Assembly: GCA_964016885.1 (NCBI GenBank)
Contig: OZ024741.1
Location: 306,962,001 to 307,026,000 of the forward strand
DNA from: Eledone cirrhosa
Lineage: Eukaryota
Direction: 5' to 3'
DNA length: 64,000 nt
The notes beneath the pieces were generated by a model. It was not told where the DNA came from, made no database searches, and saw only the letters and a program-made list of their open reading frames with translations. Position 1 is the first letter of the stretch, and the number at the start of each line of letters is the position of its first letter. Below, piece by piece: positions 28,541 through 41,219 of the stretch. Both the position numbers and the translations under genes were made by a program.

Positions 28541-31066
28541 ATAATATAAGATCAAAAGATGGTTAAAAGAATTCCAAGTATTTTATTATGCGCATCTAAA
28601 AAACAAATATCATCATGGGATGATATCTGCGTTCTCATCAGATAAAATAGGGAGACATGATATGAAGCTTAAAAACACTTGTGAGCAGTGAAGTTTTAAA
28701 TCAACATATGAAAAATAAACTAAGATGGATATATGAGATTGGGAAACAAATGAGGGGGGGGGGGTAAGGAAGAGGCAGAAAGAAAAATAAAGGATGGTGG
28801 GGGAGGAGTATAAGAAGGAAGGATGAGAGACGAGGAGAAATGAGTGATAGAGAGAGAGAAATAGCCTTTACAACCGAGAAAACATTGTCTCACAGAGAGA
28901 AATTAAAAAACCGTTGGCGAGATAATAGATAATTTAAAAGACTTTGAAATTAAAAGTTAATGAGATTTATGCATGAAGAAAAAGGAATTAAGAATAGTAT
29001 TAACTTAAGGTTTGTATATTGAAGGGTTTAATAATATGTGCGAAAAAAGAATTTAATAATATGTATTATTAAAATAAAAATATTAATGATATTAAGGATA
29101 TAATGTGAAAGAAGGAGAAGAATAAATGAATTATGAACTTAGAGGAATTAGTTAGGGTTTAAGATTGTTTTTATGTATTGTAATATGTAAACGTAAATAG
29201 TAGGTTTAAAACGAGTATGGAAGGAGAGAAGAAAAAAGAAAGTTTAAGGAAGAAAAATATCTAACGTCAAAAAGTATATATGTTTACGAACATTTTCTAA
29301 TGGTAATATTATAATATATTAAAAAAGGAATTATTTAGGGTTTAAGTTTGTTTTTATGTATTGTAATATGTAAAAGTAAAAGTAAATAGTAGGTTTAAAA
29401 CGAACACGGAAGGAGAGAAGAAAAAAGAAAATTTAAGGAAAAAAAAAATATCTAACGTCAAAAAGTATATATGTTTACGAAAATCTTCTAATATTATAAT
29501 ATATTTTAAAAAATATAGTTTTAATGGCCAATAATATGTGGAAAATGGATAATGCTGTAGTGAGTAATAATAAGAATTGAGAAGTAATTGGGAAGAAAAA
29601 GTACAGATTAAAGATTAGAAATTAAAAAAGAAAAAGGAAGAAAGGAAAATGATAAAGAAGAAAGATAGGGCATCATAACGACATAGAATGAGTAAATTGT
29701 ATTATATAATATATAATACTGAAATAAGGTAGAAAGATGGGTATATTTGTAAAAGATATAAAAGCCTTTGAGAAAAGAAGATTTAAAACTAATTAGGTAT
29801 TGAGATATTAGCTGTATACTTTATGGAATGTTCTATGGAATTTATGCAAGCAGAGCGAAAATAAATCCGTGCGTCTATTTATTATAGAATTGAAATTAGA
29901 TATAATGGTAAATTTCTCGGCTAGGCAGAGATTACATGTTCTTGATAGGGAAGAATTCAGATAAGGAAAGGCGGTGCAAACCTTCCTTCAAGAGATGTTA
30001 TAGTTAATATTTTTCTCTTTTAAGAACCATATGAGTTCTGAAAGTGCCGTGTTAGTTCTTTTAAGTTGGTATTTAAAAGACGATTTGTGATTTTAAAATC
30101 TAGATTTAAAGGAAGTGGAAGTGGAACCGAAATAGGTAAAAGAATTAGTATCAGTTATATAACCTTACATTCATACACTAATTTTTATCAAGACATTGGT
30201 TATTAAGAGGACATTTAGTTCTAACAGGGCAATTACAATTACGATTAGAGAAATTAACAGAGTTATTAGCAAGTGACCTAGTATTATTTATAGAAGGAAT
30301 TGGATTGGAGAAGTTATTTACGATAGGAACTATAGTTTCCTGATTTAGATTGGTATTATGAACATTCAACGAAGTTACGTTTGACGTCGTATTTATATTT
30401 ACAGAATCTAGCCTAGAGTTAACAATGACGTCGGGATTACTGTTGCTATTATTATGACGCTCAGTGTTGGAAGGATGTAATTTATTATTTAATATTTTAT
30501 TGTTGTGTTTAGAGATAATGTTAGAGATGTTGGAAGTGGTGGAATAAGAAAATTTGATGGCATGTTTGTTAAAGATTTTACTATAGATATGTGAGGGAGT
30601 GAAGCATTTATCTAAGGCCCTAAACAATAGTTTAGGAATATTATTATTAATAGATAGAGAAAAAGGAGCATTATACAAAATTATATTTTTGTATCTAGGT
30701 CTTTTATTTAAGTTATTGGAATGTTCATAATTAACTATTTTACTATAAGACCTTCGATGATTGGTTTCCTTAATGTATTTAATTTTATCAGGATAACCGA
30801 TTTTGGAAAGCGCATTATTATAATAATTGGCATTAGCGTCGAAGATATCTTTATTAGAGGATAGATTTGAGATTCTTTTTTCAATATTACCGACTATAGC
30901 CTTTTTAATGTTAGTGGGGTGGTTAGATTTAAAATTAACATAATTTAGATTCTCATTGTTTTTATGGTAAGGGTAATATAGGCCAGTCTCAATATTAAGG
31001 GATATATCCAAGAAGTTAGTTAGTTTGACGTTGTTATCAAATTCAATTTTAAGGTTATGGTGCTTA
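28541..31066 (-). mobile_element. 5'-truncated PLE (RT C-terminus, CxCx5C, GIY-YIG; ORF remnant 31066-29808) with family 1 3' UTR and a degenerate HHR at 28579-28649
   Basis: NFLDI, SNHP, CNCPVRTKCPL and CNLCLAEK..NRRTD..CLH. Confidence 0.92.
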
Positions 31067-31462
31067 ATTAGAAGACCCGCCTTGCCTATGTACAAAGAGA
31101 AACCTACAGTCAGTAGGCACCTCTTAACCAAATATACACCCCAATCCACTACGCCTACCCTATCCCTCCACTCCCACCAACAGCACGAGAAAATGAGATC
31201 GAGATCGTGTAGGTGTCACGAAAAAAAACACATACAGTCCACGTTGTAATGTGGCCGTGTACGTAACACGGTAAAAAGTTGCCAGTTCCACACTGTAAAT
31301 GTGGTTGGTGTTAGGAAGGGCATCCAGCCGTAGAAAACCTGCCAGATAGTCCTATATGAGTGAGACAGGGTCACCCGATCAGCCTTGCCTCAAGTGGGAC
31401 AACTCCCGTCTAACCCATACTAGCGTGGAAAATGGACGTTAAACGAAGATGATGATGATGAT
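31067..31462 (+). mobile_element. RTE LINE 3' UTR fragment
   Basis: Homologous to 4050-4385 and 58700-59140. Ends in a (GAT)n tail. Confidence 0.9.
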
Positions 31463-31494
31463 ATATACATATATATAAATATATATATATACAT

Positions 31495-31587
<93 letters not shown>

Positions 31588-31589
31588 TA

Positions 31590-31775
31590 CGATATTAACA
31601 AATGGAAACTATATTTATAAAACCATATCTATTTTATTATACATATTTCAAGGATACCATGTTAAATTATGGTATGCTTTCATCAGACAAAATACAATAT
31701 ATACCAGTTTTATAAATAAATATTGACATACCCTTTCAAAATGCAACCGTTAGTTTTGGAAGACATCAGGGATAG
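31590..31775 (-). mobile_element. Pseudo-LTR family 7 with an HHR at 31630-31694
   Basis: Reverse complement: UAUUUUGU CUGAUGA AAGCAUACCAU..AUGGUAUCCUU GAAA UAUGUA UA AUAAAAUA. Confidence 0.85.
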
Positions 31776-31877
31776 TGGATTTGTTTATCTTAGTAAGTCG
31801 TTGTGTTAAGGAGAAGGAAAAAGACGGAGAGAGCGAAAAACCGAGAGAAAGAGAAAAGTGGAGAAAGAAAGGGAGAG

Positions 31878-31968
31878 ATAAAGAAAGAAAAAGAAAAAAG
31901 AAAAAAGAAAAAAGAAAAAAGAAAAAAGAAAAAAGAAAAAAGAAAAAAGAAAAAAGAAAAAAAGAAAA
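31878..31968. repeat. (GAAAAAA)n-type purine simple repeat
   Basis: Read directly from the sequence. Confidence 0.9.
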
Positions 31969-32222
31969 CAGAAAAACAAGAGAGAGATATCAAAACACCA
32001 GACAGAGAGGAAAAATCAAGAGAGAGAAATATAGAGATAGAGAGTGGGGAGAGAACGAAAACCTTAAGTCATTTCATATTAAGTTAAGTTAACAATTGAG
32101 ATGAAATGAATAAATAAAATTAGAAATATTAATATTCATGAATGGAATATACATATATAATATGAGAAATTAATCATTGTTTAACTATGATTAAATATTT
32201 AGTTTAAAAATTGAGATCAATA

Positions 32223-32745
32223 TGTAGTGACCTACATTCCGCGGGCTCACATACATTCTCTGTGCGTGATTTGGCTCAGTTCAGCCAATCAGCGCCAGTA
32301 GAAGAGGATGTATCCCTACGCGCCCTGAGGAAGAAATTCCCCGCGAAGATTTGAAGAATCTCTCTCTTGTACCAGAAACTTCGAGCCAGTAACACGCATA
32401 ATGTAACGGTGAGATTTTGCACCCTAGCCTCGCCGGCTTTCCGGCGCAATGGCACATTCCCTTTTGTAACCTCTTTTTATCTGTAACTTCAACCATATAC
32501 GTTAACAAAGATTGTTTGTGCTACATCAAAAATAAACATACATTTCATCTCTAATTTCTGTTGTTGAAATCATTGTTATGTTACTCGTGTCTCAATAACA
32601 TCTATAATCCATGCTGCTGGAATTGGCGACCTGACGAAAGGAATGTTGTAAATACAGAGATGGTAAATAGATCGAGGGATCTTCCCTCACGTCACTGTCA
32701 ACTAACGACCTTCATTCAACTACCCTGCTAAAGTGGCGACCGCTC
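32223..32745 (+). mobile_element. Possible LTR remnant with a PBS-like site
   Basis: Starts with TGTAG, contains CCAAT and AATAAA, and ends CCCTGCTAAA (possibly a decayed CTACA) followed by TGGCGACC. No internal ORF. Confidence 0.35.
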
Positions 32746-33699
32746 ATTCCACCCTGCTAAAAATATATAAAAAATTGGAATTTAAACATTACGAAATATA
32801 TATATTGCTAGACAAATTACCTATCATATAACACGTACACAACACGCAAAAATACACATAAATATATATATATACACACTCAGAAAATACACATTATATC
32901 TACTCCCGTATATAATATATACATACAAAGCATAAATGATTTTTTTTATTAATGTTATACATCCTTTGTGTTATTAAATAAAACATTTTAATATATATAT
33001 ATAAATATATAGGATTAGCTTTCATGCATTTATGGCTGTTTAATTATGCCTATCTGCAATCAAATTGTATGGGTACATATGTACATGTACACACACAATT
33101 CTTACATATACATATATAAACATGTGTGTGCATCCTCACCAAATTGGTAGACACGCGTCACTCATGTATATATACAGACAGACATATATTCATAAGAATG
33201 CATATAACACATCTATATGTATGTTAATACACACATATACATACATACTCGTATAGAGATAAGTATACATCAATATATTACATAGTATAATTGAGTACAT
33301 AAAATACAAAAGGATTATATTTTGGAAATATAATTATATCAATATAACTTAAAAAGAAAAGAATTCTAAAATATTAAAATATTAAAATATTTTAAAATAA
33401 TATAGAATATTTTAAGTTAAAATATGTTTATTGAGATTTAGTATAGCAATTTATCTTACGTATATTTTACTGAAGATATTGAAAGGATAAACTTTCGAAA
33501 ATTATGAGAAGTTATCAGAATAAAAACAAACCTAATAAAAAATAAATAAAATATAAAAAAATATAAAAAATAAAAAATATAAAAAATATAAGAAATAGGA
33601 AATATTTTCTCCTTTCAAGAGCTCTCAATATATTTCTCTAGAATAGTTTATAATATTTATATTTATATTTAGGAAGAAAATGTATTTATACTTGAGTAC

Positions 33700-34060
33700 T
33701 TAACCAAAGAAAATGAAAAAGGTGAAGGAATCTAATGATTTATCGACAGGTTTCATATATTAACCAAATTACTTAATTAATTACACTACATTTTAAATTT
33801 ATATTTATATTTAAACGTTGAGTTCAATCTATGTCTGCAGCAACTGAATAAATTATTCCTTAAATTTAGGGAATTTTTGGTCTTTAATATAAAGAATATT
33901 TCCTCTAGACAAAGATCGCAATTTTCTGAAGAGGAATTAAAAGGAGTAGCTTATTAAATAATATTCCAAATCGGCGAATATTCAACATTATCTCGTTTTA
34001 GGTCCCATAATAGGCTAGATAGCGAAGTTGAAGATTTTTTTGTTTGGATCTGTAAAAGAA
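33700..34060 (-). pseudogene. PLE GIY-YIG C-terminal fragment
   Basis: [34 protein letters not shown], homologous to the other PLE C-termini in this window. Confidence 0.75.
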
Positions 34061-34064
34061 TTAT

Positions 34065-34135
<71 letters not shown>

Positions 34136-34142
34136 TAGATAT

Positions 34143-34199
<57 letters not shown>

Positions 34200-34228
34200 G
34201 ATATATATATACATATATATATATATAC

Positions 34229-34321
<93 letters not shown>

Positions 34322-34379
34322 ACATATATATATATATATACATACATATACATATATATACATATATATATATACATAC

Positions 34380-34426
<47 letters not shown>

Positions 34427-34432
34427 CATACA

Positions 34433-34476
<44 letters not shown>

Positions 34477-34596
34477 TGTATATATATATACATGTATATA
34501 TACATATAGATATATACATATATATGTATATATATATATACATAAATATATATATATATACATATAGATATATACATATATATGTATATATAAACA

Positions 34597-34724
<128 letters not shown>

Positions 34725-34795
34725 CATACATACATATATAAATATATATACATACATATATATATATATGTATATATATAGAGATACATATATAC

Positions 34796-34837
<42 letters not shown>

Positions 34838-36285
34838 GTCCACTGAGGCACATGCCAATAACAAAGCCAGGGGAGTTCTTTGATGCCACAACACTACATG
34901 AAGAAATGGCGCCATAGATGAAATTAGAACAGACCCAGCTGCTGGACCTGATGGATTCCCAGCAGTTCTCTTAAAAACATGTAAGCGGGCCTTACCAACT
35001 CCACTGAAGATGCTCTTCAGAAGCTCCTTGGCTAGCGAGATGAAAGAAGGCACAATATGCCCTATCCGTAAAGGAGGTAGCAGAGCGGAGGCCAAAAACT
35101 ATAGTCCAGTCTCCCTGACGTCGCATATCAGTGGAGCGAGTCGTCAGAAAGGAACTGATCACTTTCCTCGAGGAATATGACCGCCTGATTTGCATGCAAC
35201 ATTGCTTCCGCCCAGGAAGAAGCTGCCTTACACAGCTGCTACATCACTACGACTGTGTACTGAAACAACTACTAGACAGCTCACATATGGACGTGATATA
35301 TCTTAACTTTGCGAAGGCCTTTGACAAGGTCGACCACGGAATGTTAAGTCACAAACTACACAGACTCGGCATAACTGGAAAGTAGGTGAGTGGCTGCATG
35401 CATGACTTCCTAAACGACAGAAGCCAGACAGTTGCAGCAAATGGGGCCCTCTCAAAGGAAACACCAATAACAAGTGGGGTGCCCCAGGGGACAGTCCTGG
35501 GACCACTCCTGTTTTTGGTGTCTCTCTCAGACATGTCCTTTGTAGTACATACAACAACATCCCTCACTAGCTATGTTGATGACACTAAGGTAGCACAGGC
35601 AATCAAAAACCCGGCTGACGCTGCCCTTTTACAACAAGATCTGGATGCTATATACAAATGGGTGGAAGAAAACAACATGCAGTTTAATGCTGGCAAATTC
35701 CAGGCCCTACAATACAAAACTCCAAACAAACCTGCAAACACAAATATAGTACAACATAACTACACGACCATGAGGGACCGATATCCCAGTGTCAAAATCG
35801 ATACGAGACCTGGGCATAGACATGAGCGATGATGCATCTTTTTCCTCACACATCATGAAAGTAGCGACAATGTGCAGACGATTGCTGGCGGGATCTTGAG
35901 GACTTTCCGGACAAGAGACCGAGACACCATGTTGACACTATGGGGGACATATGTCCTAAGCCGCCTGGACTAGTGCTCCCAGATGTGGTCACCCCATAGT
36001 GTCAAACTAACCACGGAGCTTGAGGCAATCCAGCGAAGCTACACCAAAGAGGGTTGCGACGATGAAGGAGACAAGCTACTGGAAGAGGCTAAAGGAACTG
36101 AACCTCTACTCTTTGGAACGAAGACGGGAGAGATATGTAGTGATCTACATGTGGAAAAACCTGGAGGGACTAGCACCAAACTTTGGCATTGGGAGCTGGA
36201 CCAACCGTCGAACAGGACATCACTGTGTGGTACCAAAGATCCCGTCTTCCACATCTAGAATAAGGAGCAGGTATTGCAATAGCTT
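34838..36285 (+). mobile_element. Degenerate CR1-group LINE RT fragment
   Basis: FAKAFDKVDH, SGVPQGTVLGPLLF, YVDDTK and LNLYSLERRR. Confidence 0.9.
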
Positions 36286-36286
36286 G

Positions 36287-36340
<54 letters not shown>

Positions 36341-36397
36341 TACCATATATATATATATATATATCATACCATATATATATATATATATATATATATC

Positions 36398-36432
<35 letters not shown>

Positions 36433-36475
36433 GTATGCTAGGGAAAGGATCAGGGGTGTATAACACTCCACTTAT

Positions 36476-36519
<44 letters not shown>

Positions 36520-36525
<6 letters not shown>

Positions 36526-36702
36526 AAAATTAAAATAAATCAAAATGAATTTAATCTAAATCAAAATGATGGGTGTCATGCCAGAAAGGCATGCGCCATA
36601 TCACCCGTAAAATGGGAGATATGGCGCATGCCTTTCTGGCATGACACCCATCATTTTGATTTATATTAAATTCATTTTGATTTATCTTAATTTTGGATAT
36701 AG
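36520..36702. repeat. Fold-back hairpin with ~80-bp arms next to (TA)n
   Basis: ATCCAAAATT..GCATGCGCCATATC pairs with GATATGGCGCATGC..AATTTTGGAT, with few mismatches. Confidence 0.9.
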
Positions 36703-36937
36703 ATATATAAATACAGCTCCTTAATTGTAGAGCTAACTCTGTTGAAAGGACTTGACTGCTGTTTCTAGTTGTCGATAACCCTATTCACGCCACTGGGACG
36801 AAGCTGATATGATGTGTGTATTTTTAGTAGATACAACACGTGTTACTGGCCAGTCGCAGATTTGAACTTAATGCGTAAACACAGATCGCTGGACTGCTTC
36901 CTTGTTGAAAATCCAAGTATCGGCCTATGTGGTTTAC

Positions 36938-37102
36938 CATTCGATTAATTGGTGAAATATATTTATTTAATGGAATATATACAGGGAAGATTAATCATAT
37001 TATAAGGTATCTATTTTTGAAGTCCTAGTTAACTTTATTTAGTTACCTACCTAGCTTGTGTGCTTACACACTTGTAAAAATTATCCCCTGTGATTGTTTC
37101 AT
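36938..37102. repeat. Unclassified dispersed repeat, homologous to ~42043-42210
   Basis: GTGAAATAT..TAGTTACC.ACCTAGCT..AATTATCCCCTGTGATTG is present in both copies. Confidence 0.7.
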
Positions 37103-37158
37103 ATGTTTATTTATATGTTAATCAATTTCTAGTTGTTATATATATATATATATATATA

Positions 37159-37313
<155 letters not shown>

Positions 37314-37462
37314 CGAATGAAATGTGGTAAGGAACAAGGTGGACCATAACGCACAAAAGTACTCAATACTTAGGGTAGTAGAGTGGGTAATAGGAAAAAG
37401 TAAGACCTCAGGGTCTTACTTGGGGTCTTACTTGTTCCTATATATATATATATATATATATA

Positions 37463-37527
<65 letters not shown>

Positions 37528-37566
37528 CAACTAGAAATTGATTAATATATATATATATATATACCG

Positions 37567-37625
<59 letters not shown>

Positions 37626-37670
37626 GTCTAACCCATGCTAGAGTGGAAGAACGGACGTAAAACGGTGATG

Positions 37671-37713
<43 letters not shown>

Positions 37714-37727
37714 ATATATATATATAA

Positions 37728-39448
37728 TCATCATCATCATCATCATCGTTTAACGTCCATCTTCCACGCTTGCATGGGTTTGGACGGGAGTTTTCCCACT
37801 TGAGGCAAGATTGGTTGTCTTGCTCGTATAGGACTGTCTGGCGGGTTTTCTACTGCTGGATGCCCTTCCTAACACCAACCACGTTTACAGTGTCGACAGG
37901 GAGGTTTTTACCGTGTTACCTACACGGCCACATTACAGCATGGACTGTGTGTTTTTTGTCGTGACACCTACACGACCTTATTTGTTTCGGACTGGATAAC
38001 TTCACATAACTTCACATTGAAGGGGGTGGTGTGGATGGGGTGGGGGTAGTGGGACAGCGGTGGATTTTTGTTAGAGGTACCTACTGACTGTAGGTTTCGC
38101 TTTGTACTTAGGAAAGGCGGGTCTTCTCTATTACTGTGTAGCGCCAAAGACCTCGGTCCAGTGACATTGTCTTGGAGAGGTGTAAGTGTGTGAGTTCAGA
38201 ATTTATCAAGTCGTCCCAGGTTTTCTGGGTCTGCCTACTCCGTGGCTACCGTCTACTTTTATCGCACTGCACTTTTTTATACAGCTGTCGTCTTTCATGC
38301 GCATCACGAGACCGTACCAACGTAGTCTTCTCTCGAGTAAACAACATCTGATCCCTCTTATTCCTAATTTCTCCCTTAGTTCGTGTATGCTTTGCCGTTC
38401 ACTTATATTACTATTACACATCCAGTGGAGCATGCAAGCTTCGTTCCTCTCCAGTCTGCGTATATCCTCTGCACACAATGCCCAGGTGTCACTGCTATGT
38501 AACATTGCTGTTCGTATGCAGGCATCATACAGCCTGCCTTTCATTTTTAGAGAGAACCCTTTAGCGGCCAATAGTTGTATAAGCTCTCTGAACTTTTTCC
38601 ATCCCGTTCTGACTCTAGCTACTGTACTTTCAGAGCACCCTCCCCCACTGCTGATTTTGTCACCCAGGTAACGGAAGGTGTCCACTATTTCTATAGAACC
38701 ACCTGTGCAATGGAATGAGCTAGTATTCTGTGCGCACTTGCTGCTACTTATTGCACGAGAGCACCGGCCACATATAAAATCTATATTCTTAGTTAGCTTA
38801 CCTGTGATCCCACTACATCTTTTATGCACCCATACTTTGCATTTGGGACATAAAATGGAGTTTCTGCCTACTCCTTTCCTACACAATGAGCATGGACATT
38901 TTCCAGATGGGACCGGTGTCATATTTTCCTTCCTACAAACTAGAACTTTAGTCTTAGACAAGTTAACTTTAAGGCCTTTTGATTCTAGGCCATGCTTCCA
39001 TGTTTGGAATTTCTTGTCTAGTTCAGCCATTGATTCAGCTATGAGCGTTAGATCATCTGCGTATAGGAGTTCCCATGGGCAGCCGGTCTTGAACTCTTCT
39101 GTTATAGCCTGAAGGGCAATAATAAATAGGAGGGGGCTAAGGACGGAGCCCTGATGAACACCAACTTTTACGCTAAACTCTTCACTATATTCGTTGTTAA
39201 TTCTAACCTTGCTGACTGTTTCTTTATACATGGCTTGTATAGCTCTCACAAGCCATTCATCAATACCTAGTTTTCTATGAGTCCACCAGATAATGGAGCG
39301 GGGGACTCTGTCAAAGTATAGGGGGGACTCTGTCAAAGTATAGGGGTTTACATTTAGCTAGGTACTTCTCCTGTAGTTATCGTACAATGAAAAGAGCGTC
39401 TGTGGTACTTTTACCTGACACAAACCCGAACTGCATTTCATCTAGATC
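37728..39448 (-). mobile_element. RTE LINE RT region with a PHD-like finger and 3' tail
   Basis: 376-aa ORF 39336-38206 contains [17 protein letters not shown], a C4HC3 insert, FRYLG and RRLRWYG. Confidence 0.95.
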
Positions 39449-39791
39449 ATGGAGGCACATGGCTTAGTGGTTAGACCATTGGCCTTGCAATCGAAAGGTT
39501 GTGAGTTCAATTCTCCGACCGGGTAATGTGTTGTTTCCTTGAGCAAGACACTTTATTTCACATTGCTAGAGTTTTCTCAGCTGTAGAAATGAGATGATAG
39601 GGACTGGGGTCCACATTATTCTACTTCAAAGTGGTCGTGGAGGTGCCACGGCAAAAAAGCACCCAGGACTCACTGTAAATTAGGTTGGTGCTAGGAAGAG
39701 CATCCAGCTGTAGAAATCAAGCGAGAATCAGTTCCCGTCCCACCCTTGCAAGCAGGGAAAAGCAGACATAAAATGATGATGATGATGATGA
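39449..39791 (+). mobile_element. tRNA-headed, CORE-like SINE with RTE tail
   Basis: A and B boxes, CCTTGAGCAAGACAC, an RTE-like 3' end and (GAT)n. Confidence 0.88.
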
Positions 39792-39817
39792 TATGTATGT
39801 CTGCATATATATATGTA

Positions 39818-39871
<54 letters not shown>

Positions 39872-39892
39872 TATGCATATATATGTATGTAT

Positions 39893-40676
39893 CTATCTAG
39901 GGCGGGTAAAACTCCCGAGATCCATGGACGAGTTCTCTCCATCGGTCGCTGTCCCTCAATATCGCTGCCATGTCCTGCGTCTTCAACAGACCAGTGTCTG
40001 TCCTTAGGGCATCAACATAATATAACCTTGGTCTTTCTCTTCCAGTGTGTTCATGCAGGGTCTCCCAGAGGCACACTGAGTGCAGTGTCAACTTCGGATC
40101 TCGGTGAGCATATTCAGCTAACCTCACTCTCCTCTGTCACTTTTGAGCTGACGTTTGGGAGACTTCCATACAGCTCTGAGTTTTTCATCCTCAGCATTCT
40201 TGTGTAGCACCCATCCACCATCTGAGTGAGGTTCTTGGTCATTGTCCAAGTCTCAGACCCTTACAGCAGCAATTAAGAGGCGGATTTTCAGGTATTCACG
40301 AAGGTCGGACTTTCACATCGATCTCAATCTGTGGCACGCCGCCCAGACTTCCTCTCAACCACACCATCTTCCGTATTCCCAATCATTGCTCCCAAATACA
40401 GGATGTCCTCAACTAATTCCAGCGGCTTCCCGCCTACATTAGTGATCCTCTCTGGCTTCTCAACATTCTCTACCAGGAGAAACACCAGGACTCTGGGTTT
40501 ACTGTAACACTGGCTCAGAGCAGGAGAGTTACGGCGATAAAGATATCAGATGCTGAATTTGCCGATGACATAGTTTTGGTGACAAATACAGTGAAAGAGG
40601 CAGAGGATTTGATGCAGGAGGTTGAGACTGTCGATGAGTCTGGGTCTGAAAATGAATGAGACTAAGACAAAATGTA

Positions 40677-40677
<1 letters not shown>
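39893..40677 (-). mobile_element. RTE-related LINE fragment with a 5' inversion
   Basis: 40485-40677 (+) encodes [16 protein letters not shown]. The minus strand from ~40475 continues LVENVE..ELVEDILYLG to DRWR. Confidence 0.8.
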
Positions 40678-40770
<93 letters not shown>

Positions 40771-40927
40771 TATATATGCATATATATATATGTATGTATG
40801 CATCTATATATACATATATGTATGCATATATATATGTATGTATGCATATATATATATATATATACATATATATATGTATGCATATATATATATATATGTA
40901 TGCATATATATATAAATATACATGTAT

Positions 40928-41219
40928 TAACGGATAAAAGCGAACATCATACGTCATCAATGTTTGTCAGAATGTCATAATGCAGACAGCCAGGCTTACA
41001 GACAGATATTATAAGGGCACGACGGAGATGGATAACCGGCGCCTAATAACTCTTTAACAACAGAAAATTAAAAAATAAAGGCTGCAGTTAATATCTTTAG
41101 ACCGCAAGGAATATATAAATGCAAGTTTGAAGTCAATCGGAGTAGAAATGTGGATTTGTACGGACTTTGCAAAAATTAGGACACACACACACAGACAACA
41201 TCAGTTTTATATATATAGA
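40928..41219 (-). mobile_element. Helitron-like 5' end fragment
   Basis: Reverse complement starts TCTATATATATAAAACTGATGTTGTCTGTGTGTG, like 44188 and 62399. Confidence 0.6.

Noticed and set aside
31775-32092. Lys/Glu/Arg-rich ORFs
   Set aside because: They come from a purine simple repeat.
36600-36665. HHR in the 36.5-kb hairpin
   Set aside because: There is no CUGANGA, and GAUA stands in place of GAAA. The evidence is insufficient.
39449-39525. tRNA gene
   Set aside because: The A/B boxes are a SINE head. There is no convincing cloverleaf and the sequence continues into the SINE core and RTE tail.
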